Below are positions 34,831 through 47,400 of a stretch of DNA of 64,000 bases, piece by piece. The translations under genes were made by a program, and so were the position numbers. The first letter of the stretch is position 1, and each line of letters opens with the position of its first letter. This stretch comes from Antechinus flavipes (taxonomy: Eukaryota), in the NCBI RefSeq assembly GCF_016432865.1, contig NC_067403.1, positions 197,532,001 through 197,596,000 on the forward strand, in the 5' to 3' direction. Below the pieces are notes generated by a model. That model had not been told where the DNA came from. It saw only the letters and a program-made list of their open reading frames with translations, and made no database searches.

Positions 34831-35774
34831 GGGGATTTCTTTTTTTGTAGGAGTAAAATTGAGAAGCATCAGAAAAAGAGAGAATTATAATTATAAATTA
34901 TATATATCCAAATGTCTAATTATAAATGGACATATTTTTAACAACATAAAATTTTACTTTCCAGGGCTTGGAGGCAATTTTATGATGAATCAAATCTCCT
35001 TAATCTTCCTCTTCTACCCAATCCTTGAATGAAAGCAGGAAAGATTCAGTGCTTCCCCAGTGGAAGGAAAGTTTAAAAAACCATTGAACCTTCCCCCAAG
35101 ATAGCACACTGTAGCAGGGCACAAGTTTGTTTTTATATTATTTTATTCATTATATATTTATATTAAAATTATATAAAATTATTATCAAATGTTAAATTTT
35201 CTTTTTATTACAAACCCAACAATTGACACTATTTGTGAACATTTTACTATACAAAGAGCAAAAAGGAGCAATGTATATGAAACTGAACCTCTGTTATATA
35301 TATTTTGGTTTCTAAATATATTAAATTATACATTAATTATATATTATTATTATATATTATGTTGTATTTTATATAATAAATTAAATATTAACAAAATTGC
35401 CATTTCAATTTTTTCTTTCATGCTCTCTTTTATGATCCTTCCTTTCTTTTGCATCCCTATCATCAACCACTAATTCCTCTCCCCCAATAGAAATCCTCCC
35501 TTATAGAAATTGGGATAATCAAGCAAAATAATTCAATACACTGGCCAGTGGAAGAAACTATGCCTGAGGCATACAAATGTTTTATCCCAACTCTAAAATG
35601 GTGCGATACATTTTGGAACACTTTCTATTTAAAAAGTAACATGTGAAAATGAGAACTGTTGCTCTGCAAAAAGATAAAAACTTGGCTCAGAGGATTGTCT
35701 GTGTGCCACATCCTGTGTTAGACCCCACATCTGTTCCCTCATTCCTAATTCCCTACTTTTTGTTGTCATCCTGA

Positions 35775-35918
35775 ACTATGTCTTGCCACTGGACCCAGAT
35801 GGCTCTGGAGGAGAAAGTGATTTTGCTCAGTCCTGACTCACTTAAAACCAAATCATTTGCAAATCAATACATCACTCTTATGACGTCACTGATCCTTTTT
35901 AAAAAAGGACAAACAACT
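35775..35918 (-). mobile_element. RTE-associated marsupial SINE
   Basis: atgtcttgccactggacccagatggctctggaggagaaagtga...ctcacttaaaaccaaatca...aaggacaaacaac. Confidence 0.75.
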
Positions 35919-36061
35919 TTTTGGGGATGATTCTATTGACCTCCTGGTAGGTCCTGCCCAAGCCTCAGTCATCACAGACTCTTTCCTTTCTCCAACTTTT
36001 CAGTTTTAGGAAAGGATTTTTATGGAACTGGAAACTATAAAAGGCATAAGAGGTGATCTAG

Positions 36062-36270
36062 TTCAGAGGTTTCTAATTTGCAGTCCATGATCTTGGTTAT
36101 ACACATACATACATATGTATGTATGTATGTGTAACTATATTTCTATAGAATTAGTTTCTTTTGTAATCTCGTGCATTTTATTTTATCCATTTAAAAAGAA
36201 GGGTCCATAGGCTTCCCCAGACTGCCCAAGTAGGACATGGCACACAAAAAATCATTTAAGGATTCCTGAC
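36062..36270. mobile_element. hAT-Charlie (MER5-like) MITE
   Basis: cagaggtttctaat..gtccatga ... gaagggtccataggcttccccagactgcc...ttaaggattcctg. Confidence 0.7.
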
Positions 36271-36804
36271 CTACTCCAATGACTATTTCATAGATGAGAA
36301 AGCTGATATGCAAAGGTGCTAGATGACTTGCAAGGTCATACAAGTAGCTGTAGCAGATTCAAATTCTTGGGTCTCAAATCCCATGTTCTTTCTCTTGGGC
36401 TTCCCTGACAGTTGGCAACCAAGCTCTTTCGGCTGAGCTGACCTCCACAAGTTGATTCAATTCCATTCCCACCACAGCTGCTGCCACCAGCCGAAAATAA
36501 AGCCCGCATTAAAAAAAAAATGTTATTGTAGTAGACTCTTAACTTCTCTTCTTCCTTCCTGTCTATCCCATCTCCTCTCTGCCCTACTTGTGATTTCCAA
36601 ATATTCTCACCTCACTGTTGACTCCATTCTTTACTCTTAAACTTCTCCACCACCACCACCCCTTGCCACCAGCCTTGCCCATCTGAAACTCCTGCCCACC
36701 TCCCTGTTCACTGTTACATGAGAATGTAAGTTCATTGAGTCCAAGGACTTGCTTGCTTGTACTTGGAGCCCCAGCGCTGGTTCAGGGTCAACACTTAACA
36801 AAGG

Positions 36805-37610
36805 GTTTATCTGTTTATCTGTCTGTTTGTCTACGTATGTAGATGTATGTGTCTCTGTCCATCCATCTATCTGTTGTCTGACTTCTGTTTATCTATCTGT
36901 CTTTCTGTCTGTCGATCCTTCTATCTGTCCACCTCTTTATCAGTCTCTCTGTCTGTCTTTTATCTATCTGTCTTCTCTCTCTCTCTCTCTCTCTTTCTGC
37001 ATGTGTGTGTGTGTCCAGCTATTTATCTGTTTGTCTGTCTTCTGTTTATCTATTTGTCTATCTATCTCTCAATCTGTTTTCTGTTTATCTGTCTGTCTAT
37101 CCATTCATCTATCTATCTATCTATCTATCTATCCATCTTGATTATCTGCCTTCTGTTTACGTATCTGTATTCTGTTTATCTTTTTGATTGTCTTCTGTTT
37201 ACCTGACTATCCATCTGTCTTTTTGTCTATCCATCTCTCTATCAATCTCTCTGTCCATCTGTCCATCTGTTTGTCTTTCTGTCTTCTGTTTATCTGCCTA
37301 TCTTTCTATCTCTGTTTTCTGTTTATTTATCTGTCTTCTATCTACCAATGTATCTTTCTTCTGTTTATCTATTTGTCTGTATTCTGTTTATCTGTTTATC
37401 TGTCTATCTATCTGTCTGTCTGTCTGTCTGTATTCTGTCTATGTATTTGTCTTCTGTTTATCTATTTGTCTGCCTGTTCTGTTTATTTACCTGTCTTTCT
37501 GTCTATTTATCCATCTGCTATCTATCTATCTGTCTCTTTCTGCTGTTTTCTGTTTGTCTTTCTCTCTATCTACCTTTCTGTCTGTTTCCCTCCCTCCCTA
37601 GCTCTATCTG
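36805..37610. repeat. About 800-bp degenerate (TCTA/TCTG)n pyrimidine-rich tract growing from an L2 tail
   Basis: Continuous tetranucleotide variants starting right after the L2 end gtcaacacttaacaaagg; it generates the spurious L/S/I/Y ORFs. Confidence 0.95.
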
Positions 37611-37624
37611 CTCAGAAGCTTTCA

Positions 37625-38160
37625 TGGCTCCCTATTGTCTAACAAATAACACATGAACTACTGATCCTGACACTGAAAATCATCTGTACTGGCTTGTCCA
37701 TTCTGACTCCTGCTATCCATTCCATCCACTCTATCACTCTCCATCTCAAAGGTTGCCTTTGTCTCTAAATCCTTTGTCCCCCTATTCTTGTCTCGCTCTT
37801 CTGCTCCGCACCCTGCCACCTTCCATAGCTAATTTGAGCTCACCACTGCCACCTTCTACTCCGTCTCTACCTTTTGAATTTAGTTCTTTCTTTCCAAGGC
37901 TCCATTCAGACTTTCCCTTGCTTTCTGAGGCTTTCCCTGGCTACATCACCCATTCTCCCTGCCCACTCCCTTGGCCCACTACTAGGAGAAAAGACTCTCT
38001 CCTCCCCATATTTCTCACAGTGCAGTCCCTTGTGTTAGATCATTTGTGTCCATGCTTCCCTCAGGTAAGTCACAAACTCTTGGAGAGCAGGGTTTTGAGG
38101 CTCAGTGTGCAGCACAGGGCTTGTTCCTACTTAATAAGCTTCGGTGGAATTGCATTCAGC
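37625..38160 (+). mobile_element. L2 3' region
   Basis: ggctcccta...ctttcccttgctttctgaggctttccctg...gtgcagcacaggg...cttaataagc. Confidence 0.55.
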
Positions 38161-39125
38161 TGAATAAAAACCGGTCCCAGGACTGAGATTCTGTCCAGTC
38201 TGGTAGCCCGGAGACTCCCAGGGGCCAGCGTGGGCCTTCTCCAAGCACTCGGGGAAAGGGGGGGGGGAGGCAGACTGCACTGGGGCCGGTCCCTCCATCT
38301 CATCCAGGAGCCGCGGCCTGTGCAGGACTCTGTAGCTGCCTAGTAATTGGAAGGCCCCAGCCTGGCTGCCAGTCCCCAGAAGTAGCTAAAATTAATTCTT
38401 GTACAATGTATAATGCACACAGCAGAAAGTTGACCCTACCAATTTACATACACTGAGAGGGCTGCTATCACCGCACAGCCAGCAAACAGCCCCCGCTTAT
38501 CTAGAGAGGCCCCTCATTTGTTATTCCACACTGAATACACCCACTCCCATTATTTCTGTAATTCTTGGCAATAATAGACCTTCCCCTAATGAAACCTGAA
38601 TTATCAGGAGGTTATAGTCCTGACCCAAAAGAGATTAGCTGTGTACTCCGTTATTGCTACATATGTAATTGTATAATTGATTTTAAAATTTACTTTTGTG
38701 TCCCCACATCACAAAGTAAGTAGCCCATTAAGGGCGAGAAATATAATTAATATATCTCTAACCATTTCTACCCTGCTGTGGTCTGATCACAGATAGCACG
38801 GGTTCCGCTCGACGATGGACACAAAGGCTGATGGATATTGATTCTCAAGCAGCTTCCCTCTCCCAGGTTCTCTGGCACCCTGATGCTTGGAAGGGGCGGA
38901 GGTGGGGCAGTGAGATGGGCAGCCCCACAAGCCCGGGCCCAGCTCCAGGGGGTCTCCCTGCTAGCGTTGGCTCGGCAGAAGTCCAAGTGTTCCTCTCCGA
39001 CCTGGACGGGCAGGGTCTCCTGCCAGAGACCACTCATAAAAGACAATGCCCCAGCCTCTGTGGGCCCCACGGAAAATCTGTTTCCTGATTCACTGTGGAT
39101 TAGGGCTCTCCTCCGGCCGGTCTAA
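38160..39125. promoter_or_regulatory. Candidate enhancer: AT-rich homeodomain core with CpG-enriched shoulders
   Basis: About 7 CpGs in 38170-38330 and about 13 in 38790-39120; the core 38380-38770 has aaattaatt, gtaattgtataattg, ccattaag and ataattaat. Confidence 0.5.
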
Positions 39126-39515
39126 GCCTCTATGTAGTTATAGTGAGTAGAATTCATAGCTTGTGAAAATGGGAGTTATGGTAGAAGAAGGCTTACAAAG
39201 GATGCAGAGGGAGGGTTGCGAGGGTCTGTTAGAGAAGGAGAGATAGACAGGTGAGCTGAAAGAGGGAGTTGCCTGACTGTGCTGTAGAGAAGGAGACAGG
39301 CAACTGGACTGCTGTGGAGAGAGCCCAGCTGTGTTATAGCAAAGGAGAATACGTAGCTCATGGAATAGTGGGAAGAGGCAGCAGAACCAAATGTCTTGGT
39401 CCGAGCTCTATCTCCTCTGCTTATTACTTCTGTGATACTAGGGGAGTCCTTTCTCTGGGGAGCTGGCCCAAGTGAACTCGAGGCCCCTTGTAGCTCTGTG
39501 CTGAGAGAAAGGAGA

Positions 39516-39687
39516 NNNNNNNNNNNNNNNNNNNNNNNNNNNNNNNNNNNNNNNNNNNNNNNNNNNNNNNNNNNNNNNNNNNNNNNNNNNNNNNNNNNNN
39601 NNNNNNNNNNNNNNNNNNNNNNNNNNNNNNNNNNNNNNNNNNNNNNNNNNNNNNNNNNNNNNNNNNNNNNNNNNNNNNNNNNNNNNN
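39516..39687. other. Assembly gap (172 N)
   Basis: N run. Confidence 1.
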
Positions 39688-40340
39688 AAAACAGACAGGG
39701 AAAAAGAGATAAAGAGAGAGAGGAGGAGGGAGGGAAGAAGACAGACAGACATAGAGAGAAGTAAAAGGGAGAGGGGAAAGAAGAGATGGGAAGAAAGATA
39801 GACTGAGACCAAGAAAGGTAAAGGAAAGATAAAGGAGAAGAGAGAGAGAGAGAGAGAGACAGAAAGATAGACACAGAGAGACAGAGAGAGAAAAAAAAGG
39901 AGAGAAGGAGAGAGGGAAGGAGATAGACAGACATAGAAGTAAAAGGGAGAGAGGAGAGGAAAGATGGAGAGACAGACTGAGACACCGAAAAAGATAAAGG
40001 AGAGAATTAAAGGAGGAGAGAGGTAGAGAAAGAAAAAGGGATGCAGAAAGACACAAAGACAGAGAAGTAAGGGAAGAGAGGGAAGGAGAGAAACAGACAA
40101 AGACAGACACAGAGATAGGAGGAAGGGAGGGAGGAGAAAAGGGGGAGAGAGAGAGATAGAGAGAGGTAAAGACAGAAGTGGGGGAGGCAGACAGGGAGAA
40201 AGATAAAGAGACAGAGCAAGAGGGGTAGAGAGGAGGGAGGGAGGGGAAAAGGAGAGAGATATAAAAGGGTTAGACAGATAGGATGAGAGCGAAAAAGAAA
40301 GGAGGAGGAAAGGAGAAAAAGGAAGAGACAGAGTGGGGGA
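39688..40340. repeat. About 650-bp GA-rich polypurine tract
   Basis: Almost pyrimidine-free GAGA/GAAA/GACA mosaic on the + strand. Confidence 0.95.
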
Positions 40341-40399
40341 CTGTCTTAGAGAGAAATGGATTATAGCAGGAAAGACATACATATCACATGTAGTATAGT

Positions 40400-41360
40400 G
40401 GAAAACATGTTGGATTGAGAACCAAAGGAATTAGATGCAAAAACCTTCTCTGCCATGTATTTGCTGGGTGACTTTGAACAGCCCATACCTCTCATGAGTC
40501 TTATTTCCTCATCTATGAAATAAGGAAGCTGGACCAAACCTCTGAGTCTTCCTCCTTTCCAAATCTAAAGCCAGGGTCCTTTGGGGCAGTAGGAAAAGGG
40601 CCAGACTTCAGAATCAAAAAATCTGGGTATGGACACCAGTAAAGGCATTTACTAGCTATATGACTCTGGACAAATCATGTTATTTCCTTGAGCCTCACTT
40701 TATTCATCTGGGAAATGGGAAAAATAGTAATAATTTACAATATTATTCCATAGGAGGGTTGTGAAGAAAATACTTTATATACCTTAAAGTGCCATAGAAA
40801 TGGGAGCTGGTGTTTTCTATTTTATCTGTTATCATTAACAGATTATTATTACAGCAAAGGAGACACAGAGATGTAATCTATATTGTCAAAAAGGAGACAC
40901 ATCTCATTATCAAATGAGATAATATTGGTAAAGTGTTTATGGAACACAATAGAGGCTTAACAAATGTTTTTTCCCTTCCTTCTTAAAGCAAGAGTAAGAG
41001 ATGTGTGCTTACATTTGTCACAATGAGGGAGAAAAAATGCCTGTTTTAAAGAAAGAGGTACTTGCTTAAAGGTAAGAAAAATTCAGATTCATGGTGTAGG
41101 CAGCTAGGTGGCAATGTGGATAGTGTTGGGTATGGAGTCAGGAAGGCCTGAATTCAAATTCTGACTTAAATACTTACCAGCTATTAGTATATGTTATTTA
41201 GCCTCTATCTATCACAGTTTCCTCTTTTGTAAAATAATGATGATAACAATCCTTACAGGATTGTTGTGAGGATCAAATGAGATAATGCATAATTACAATA
41301 AAATGTAATATATATCATAATAAAATCTTTTGTAAAACTTAAATCAATATTAAATGTTAG
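40400..41360 (+). mobile_element. MIR/CORE-SINE cluster
   Basis: Cores gctatatgactctggacaaatc..gagcctcactttattcatctg and gcagctaggtggcaatgtggatag..gaattcaaattc. Confidence 0.7.
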
Positions 41361-41479
41361 TCATTGCTATTATTTTATTATAATAATTATTCATTATTAC
41401 CATGAAGGAAATATATTATGATGATAATCATATCAAGAGAAGCAAAATCATCTAAGAGAAATACACATTGAAATTATCA

Positions 41480-42070
41480 TAAGAGGGTTATTTCTTTTTA
41501 AAACTTTATTCTTTTTCAGTTTGAAAAATTCTATTTTCTCTCCCTTTCCCAAATAGAAAAAGAAAAATCAAACACTTTGTAACAAGCACGAATAGGCAAG
41601 TACAACAAATTGTTCGTGTAAAGGAAAAAAGTATGCTTTGGATTGTAATTTCAGTCCAACAACTCTGTGTCAGGAAGTGGATAACACACTTTATCATCAG
41701 CACTCTGGAATTAACTTGATCATTACATTGTTTTAAAATTGTTGCTATTAACAAGGTTGTTTTTATTATATAAATTTTTTTTTGGTTCTGTACCCAACAT
41801 TTTGAATTAGCTCATGTCTTCTCAGTTTTCTCTGAAACTATCCCTTTTCCTCATTTCTTATGGTCCAATAGTATTCTGCTATATTTCAGACTATCATTTG
41901 TTCAGCCATTCAGTTTATGGGCACTTCCTTTATTTGCACTACAAAAAAAAGTTATTTTAAATATTTTTGGACATATGGGAATTTTTCTTCTTTCTCTAAA
42001 ATCTTTGGGGTATAGGCGTGGTAGTAATATCAGTCATAGGGTATAGACACAATTTAGTGGCTATAATATG
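41480..42070 (-). mobile_element. Old L1 3' region
   Basis: tcagttttctctgaaactatccc..ttgttcagccatt..ttgcactacaaaa..gcacaatttagt-like motifs. Confidence 0.75.
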
Positions 42071-42379
42071 GATGTAACAGTAAAAGAGACACACATGTGG
42101 GATCAAGGAAAGACAGATATCCATCCATATTATATTTTTAAAAAACACTATTATGTTCTAATGAGATAGACAAGTATCCATGCAAGAGGTGCATAGGGTA
42201 GCTTCATAAAATGGATTCTCAAATTTACTCTTCAAAACAAATTCTGTTAGGGAAGAGAAGAATAGAGAGAGAGCTCTTAGGACAGAATGAGTCCTTCTTC
42301 CAAAAGTGGGAGCTCTCCTGAGGCATGGCAGCCAGGGAGGAAAAATGTTCATCATCTGGTAGCTTTCTATATGAACTAG

Positions 42380-42965
42380 TAATTTTTTTAATATTTTTTA
42401 TTAAAGCATTTTATTTACAAAACATATCATGGGTAATTTTTCAACGCTGACTCTTGCAAAACCTTCTGTTCCAAATTTTCCTCTCCTTCCCCCCTCCCCT
42501 CCCCTAGATGGCATGTAATCCAATACATTAAATATGTTAAAATAGATGCTAAATGAAATATATTAAACTAATAATATGTTGCATGAGTGTAAACATATTC
42601 AGGGTTCTCTACAATTTAGTGCCCCAAAACAAAGACCTGATTACCTTACCCTAATTATGCCTCTGATGAATTGGTGAATCCTGTATGATTCACCACAGAC
42701 TGATTTATTTATGATGTGATCTGATTTTTGTGTTCCATAAGGCTAGTTCTTCTTTGGCCACAAACTTCTTCCTTCTCCACAGATCTGAGAGGTAGAACAT
42801 TCCTTGTTCTTCTAACTTTCTTATAATATCACTTTTTATGTCTAAATCATGAACCCACTTCGACCATATCTTAGTATAGGATGTTAGCTATGGGTCAGTG
42901 TCTAGTTTCTGCCACACTAAATTCAAATTTTCCCAATAATTTTTGTTAAATAATGAGTTCTTAGG
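42380..42965 (-). mobile_element. L1 fragments (3' end 42380-42560; ORF2 42815-42965)
   Basis: gactcttgcaaaaccttctgttccaaatttt..cccctagatggc; tctaaatcatgaacccacttcgacc..ctagtttctgccacact. Confidence 0.75.
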
Positions 42966-43439
42966 GGATGGATTCTTTAGTAATGATTAAGTACCTGAAG
43001 GTGAATAGTATAAGATAAACCAGGAAAAGTAGGTTGGGGCCAGGTTATTTAAAGCCTATAAAACCAAGATAAGGACTTAGTGGCCTGAGTAACAAGCTTT
43101 ATGGAAAGGTTTCTATCTGTCTCATTTATCTTTTCCTGGAGTTGACAAAGCCAACAACTGGGAAGAACTTCCAAAATTATTAAACATGTAATCTGAATCT
43201 CACCTCTATCTGATCTATTAATTAATATCTCAAAATCTTTAAGTACTAGAATCTTACTATTTCTGACACAGACCCCCCTGAAAGAATAAGGAAGGACTCA
43301 AAAGATGTTGAAAAGGATGACGTTATTGTTGATATGGATTGTCATGAACTAATATTTTAAATTTTCTTTGCCCAAGACCTCAGCCAATTCACAGAATGCA
43401 ATCTTCACTTTCACAACACAAGGAACACAGATGTAGTAA

Positions 43440-43935
43440 ATGATATCTGCAAAGACCCACATGAACTGATCCTGAGTGAAGTGAGCAGAATCAGGAGAAC
43501 ATCCTAGTGATAACAAGATTATGTGATTATCAACTGTGATGGAATTGGCTCTTCTCAACACTGATTATTCAAGGCAATTCCAATAGACTTAGGATAGAAA
43601 ACACCAATCACATCCCAAGGGAGAGAATTATGAAGACTGAATGTGGATCAAAGTGTAGTATTTTCACCTTTTTTGTTTGTTTGTTTTTTCTTTCTAGAAT
43701 TTTTTTCCTTTTCTTATTTTTCTTGCACAACATGACAAATATAGAAATATATTTAAAGGATTGCACATATGTAAACCATAGCAGATTGCTTATTATCTTG
43801 GGGAGGGGGGAGATAAGGGAAGAAGGGAGAAAAATTATGAACACAAAGTCTTATAAAAATGAATGTCAAAAACTATTTTTACATGTATTTGGGGAAAAAT
43901 CAAATACCGTTAAAAAGAAAAAGAAAAACGAAAAA
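43440..43935 (+). mobile_element. L1 3' end, sense, with A-rich tail
   Basis: catgaactgatcctgagtgaagtgagcagaatcaggagaac...gggagaaaaattatgaacacaaag...aaaaagaaaaagaaaaa. Confidence 0.88.
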
Positions 43936-44279
43936 CATACCAGTAATTAGATTTCTTGCACTGTCTTCATGAAGATGTTTCACCTAATTCTTGCTCTCCT
44001 TCTTTCCCATACAAAAAGCTCTATCACTATAGATCAGTCAAATTAAATACTTTTAACTGTTACCTACAGACAGATTCAGACTAGTAGAAAGTAATTTCTC
44101 TAGAATATTAGGAACAAGTCCCCAAAGTTTAGCTGCCCTGCCCCTGTGATGGTGCTAACATTAGTAACTCCAATCGGAGCAGGAGGGAAATGCTTATTTT
44201 TGTGATTTTGATTAAAACTAGCACACCCCCATATTCACTCTGGTAAAGTCAACAAAATGAGTCAGTGTAGAATAGAGCT

Positions 44280-44720
44280 GAGTGTATGTCCTGGCAGCTC
44301 AGCCGCCAACATCCCCTTTAATTACCCATCCTAAACATGCCAGAGTCATTCCACTTCCTTTGACAGCGCTGTCCTGTAAAGGAAACTCGCCTCCTTTCAC
44401 CACAGCCCATTGATTTCTTGCTTTTGTGAAATAAGCCCTGTTTTCCATAATGAAACTTTTGTTTCTCTGGTCCTTCTGCATTGTCTACTTTAAAAAATCC
44501 ACCATTTACTCCCCTGGACAGAACAAAACCCTTCCCTTAAAAATGAGCTTGGGCACAATGCCCTCTATTTCTAAGATCATTAGAATTGACTCCTGGACAA
44601 TCGATGTGTTAAATGATGTAATTATCCAATGGTCTTTTCCCCATTTAAACCAGTTGGAAAGTTAAAGGTTTGTTTTAGATCAATTCTGACCACTTTGTGT
44701 GCAAATTGCATAGTGGTCTA
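44280..44720. promoter_or_regulatory. Candidate conserved non-coding element
   Basis: Repeat-free; tttaattac, TGACAG in the palindrome gacagcgctgtc, ccattgatt and gtaattatc. Confidence 0.4.
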
Positions 44721-45124
44721 TTCCTTCACTTATCTCAAAATCCAATCCAGCTCAGACATGGCTGCCTCCTTGGGGAGTGAGTCATTCTGAGTTCAAACAC
44801 TAACTCATCTGAAAGTTGGAATATGTAAAAAGCTTGAACCCATAACCCTCTCTCCCATAAATGTGGGGCAATTACTTGGGAAAGAATATAGTACCACTGC
44901 TGGATGAGGGCATAAAATGGTGTGGTCCATGGCTGTCTGTGGGACACTATATAATGAAAAGGGTGCTGGACTGGGAGTCAAAGAGACTTGGGTTCAAAAA
45001 GGTTTGACATTTGGTGGCTGTTTAAAAAGCATTGGACCCATATTCAAATCTTACATCTGTTAGCATGAGCAAATCATTTACTTTTCCTTGGTTTCATCAT
45101 TCTATGATCTATAATCCAATGATT

Positions 45125-45498
45125 CTTTTTTAAAAAATATTAAACACATGCAATTTTTCTATACATATTTCTGCAAGTAACATGCTGTACAAGAAAAATC
45201 AAATCAAAAAGGGAAAAAATGAGAAAGAAAACAAAAGACAATCAAATAATACAAAAAAGAGAAAATACTATGTTGTAATCCATACTTGGTACCCACAGTA
45301 CTCTCTGGGTGCAGATGGTTTCTCCATCACAAGACCATTGGAACTGGCTTGAATCACCTCATTGTTGTAAAGAGCTTCATCCATCAGAATTGATCCTCAT
45401 ATAGTATTGTTTCTGGGTACAATGATCTCCTGGTTCTGCTCACTTCACTTAGCATCAGTTCATGTAGATTTCTCCAGGCCTCTCTGAAATCATCCTGC
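45125..45498 (-). mobile_element. L1 3' end, antisense
   Basis: ctgtacaagaaaaatcaaatc...ccattggaactggc...ttagcatcagttcatgtag..ccaggcctctctgaaatcatcctgc. Confidence 0.88.
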
Positions 45499-46669
45499 TA
45501 ATCCAGTGATTCTATAGTCAGTGCCCATGCCAGAGAACCAGGACATATTCCCTTCTAGCCTGTCTTCTGGTCCAGAGTCCACCATGGTGACAGTTTGCCA
45601 GCAGAGGGAAGGAGTGTTGCTAGTCATTGTCACATTTCCTTTTTCTCCATTACCAGGAGGCTTGATGTTGCCCCCTCCCCACGCCTGAAGGACTCTGTGT
45701 CCTAGGCAGAAAGAAAGAGAAATGCTTCTACAAATGACCAAGAGTCTGGCCAGCCATTGCTAATGAGGGAACCACTGCAGTCTTTACTCTAAGCCATGGC
45801 AGGAGAGCTCAGATCAGAGTAAGAGCCAGGTTTGGAACCAGGGCACAGGGCAGAGATGGGCTGGGACTCAGCAGTGCATGAGCCCAAACCCACTTCCGAG
45901 TGGTGGCTCCCTAGGGCATCTCCTGAAAAGCTCAGCTGTGGAGAAGGCTGGGAGTTCCAGCAATAATCTCAATCCCTATCAGATCCCACCCAGGACAAAG
46001 CCCCATATTCATGATCTTTCTCATGACTGGTGGAAGCTGGGGCAAAGATTTCAGAATGGTCCTTCCAATATCCTTCAAGGGAAAACTAGGAGGAGCTGAA
46101 GAAGGAGGCTCTCAGAAATAACAGAAATTAGTCCTTCCCGAGGGAAGTATTTAATAATTTTGCATTTTGCTGTATTCAATAAACGATATGGGATCAGAGT
46201 ACATTGAATATCTGTCTTCTGTGAATGGGAGAAGAGGAATGTGATAAGAAAAAGAAGAATCCAGTTAAGGGGTGAGAGCAGAGTCAGAGGTTTTCCTAAA
46301 ATTCTCCAATCATCTGGAGCCTTCTTATGTATTAATCTCTGATTATTATTGAACCCAGGTCAGCAAGGATATCCTTGACCAAATATCTGAAGTAGGATGG
46401 TCTCTATAACAGGATGGGCAGCTAGGACAAGCATTTTCAGGAGCATTACTGAGCTTAGCATGCTGTCTGGCACATAATGGGTGCTTGACACAGAAGAAGT
46501 CTGCTAAAATCTGCCTCAGAATCATGCTTTAATACCTGAAGGAAATACTAGATTTCAATTAGAGGCTAGTGAAATTAAAGATATTTTTCCATCCTAATTC
46601 ACTGGTCCCCTGAATTCTCTTCTTGAATTCTTTGAGGGTCAATAGATCACAGGTTAAGAATCTTTGGTC

Positions 46670-46760
46670 TTTATTCTAAGGTCCCTCCTAGAACTGACAA
46701 TATAGGGTGCCTTCTAGATCTGACATTCTATGTGCTAGAGTCCCTTCCATTTCTGACAGC
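46670..46760 (+). repeat. Short L3/MIR3-end array (about 3 units)
   Basis: aaggtccctccctagaactgaca / gtgccttctagatctgacattctatgtgcta / gagtcccttccatttctgaca. Confidence 0.55.
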
Positions 46761-46959
46761 CTACAAAATTGCAAATTTGACTAATGATGGATACCTTGGG
46801 AGAGAGTGTCTAGGTAAAGAAGGATTAAACCATACCTTTCCATCACCCCCAAACTGCACAGCTGCCATCCATACCAAAATATTCAGTATTCCAAACAAAA
46901 AGGGAAAGAAATAGGGAGGAATCACTGTCAATATTCTAGGGTGGAGGAAGAACCCAAAT

Positions 46960-47400
46960 TGGTTATTGTCCTAGAGCTGGAAATAACTGATGGAGGCCTA
47001 GGAAGGCACCATTGATCATTTTATCAAGTGGAGATGCCCAGACTGTCAGAGCCATTACACCCAATAATATGGGAAGGCGGAGAGACATATATTTGTTTTG
47101 AAATTCATCAGATAACTTCAGTAAATCAAACATCAAAATATATTTTTTTAAAGTGAGTCTCACAGGCAGAGAGCTCTCTTCACTCAGGTTAAGCCGCCTA
47201 AAATAAAATATATGTAATAAACTCTACCATTTAATCACAGAGACAGAGAACCACTGGGGAAAAAAAAGATTGTTCTGCCGGAAAAATATGGTTGCGACTT
47301 GCAAATATGTTTTTAGAAGCAATTTTATTACAAACTGTCCCATCAGGCAGCGTCTGGGAAATTATGGTGAACCATGTTCATTCCTCAGCAAACAAAGACT
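46960..47400. promoter_or_regulatory. Candidate non-coding regulatory element
   Basis: Repeat-free, with retained CpGs (ggcgg, gccgc, gccgg, tgcga, agcgt) and AT-rich homeodomain/forkhead-like motifs (gtaaatcaaaca). Confidence 0.35.

Noticed and set aside
36100-36133. Palindrome (TACA)n/(TGTA)n
   Set aside because: A common head-to-head microsatellite junction.
36749-37656. Stacked 100-150 aa ORFs rich in L/S/I/Y/C
   Set aside because: They are translations of the TCTA/TCTG tract, which lacks stop codons in several frames.
39176-40382. The longest ORFs in the track (up to 314 aa)
   Set aside because: They run through the N gap and the GA tract; low-complexity artefacts.
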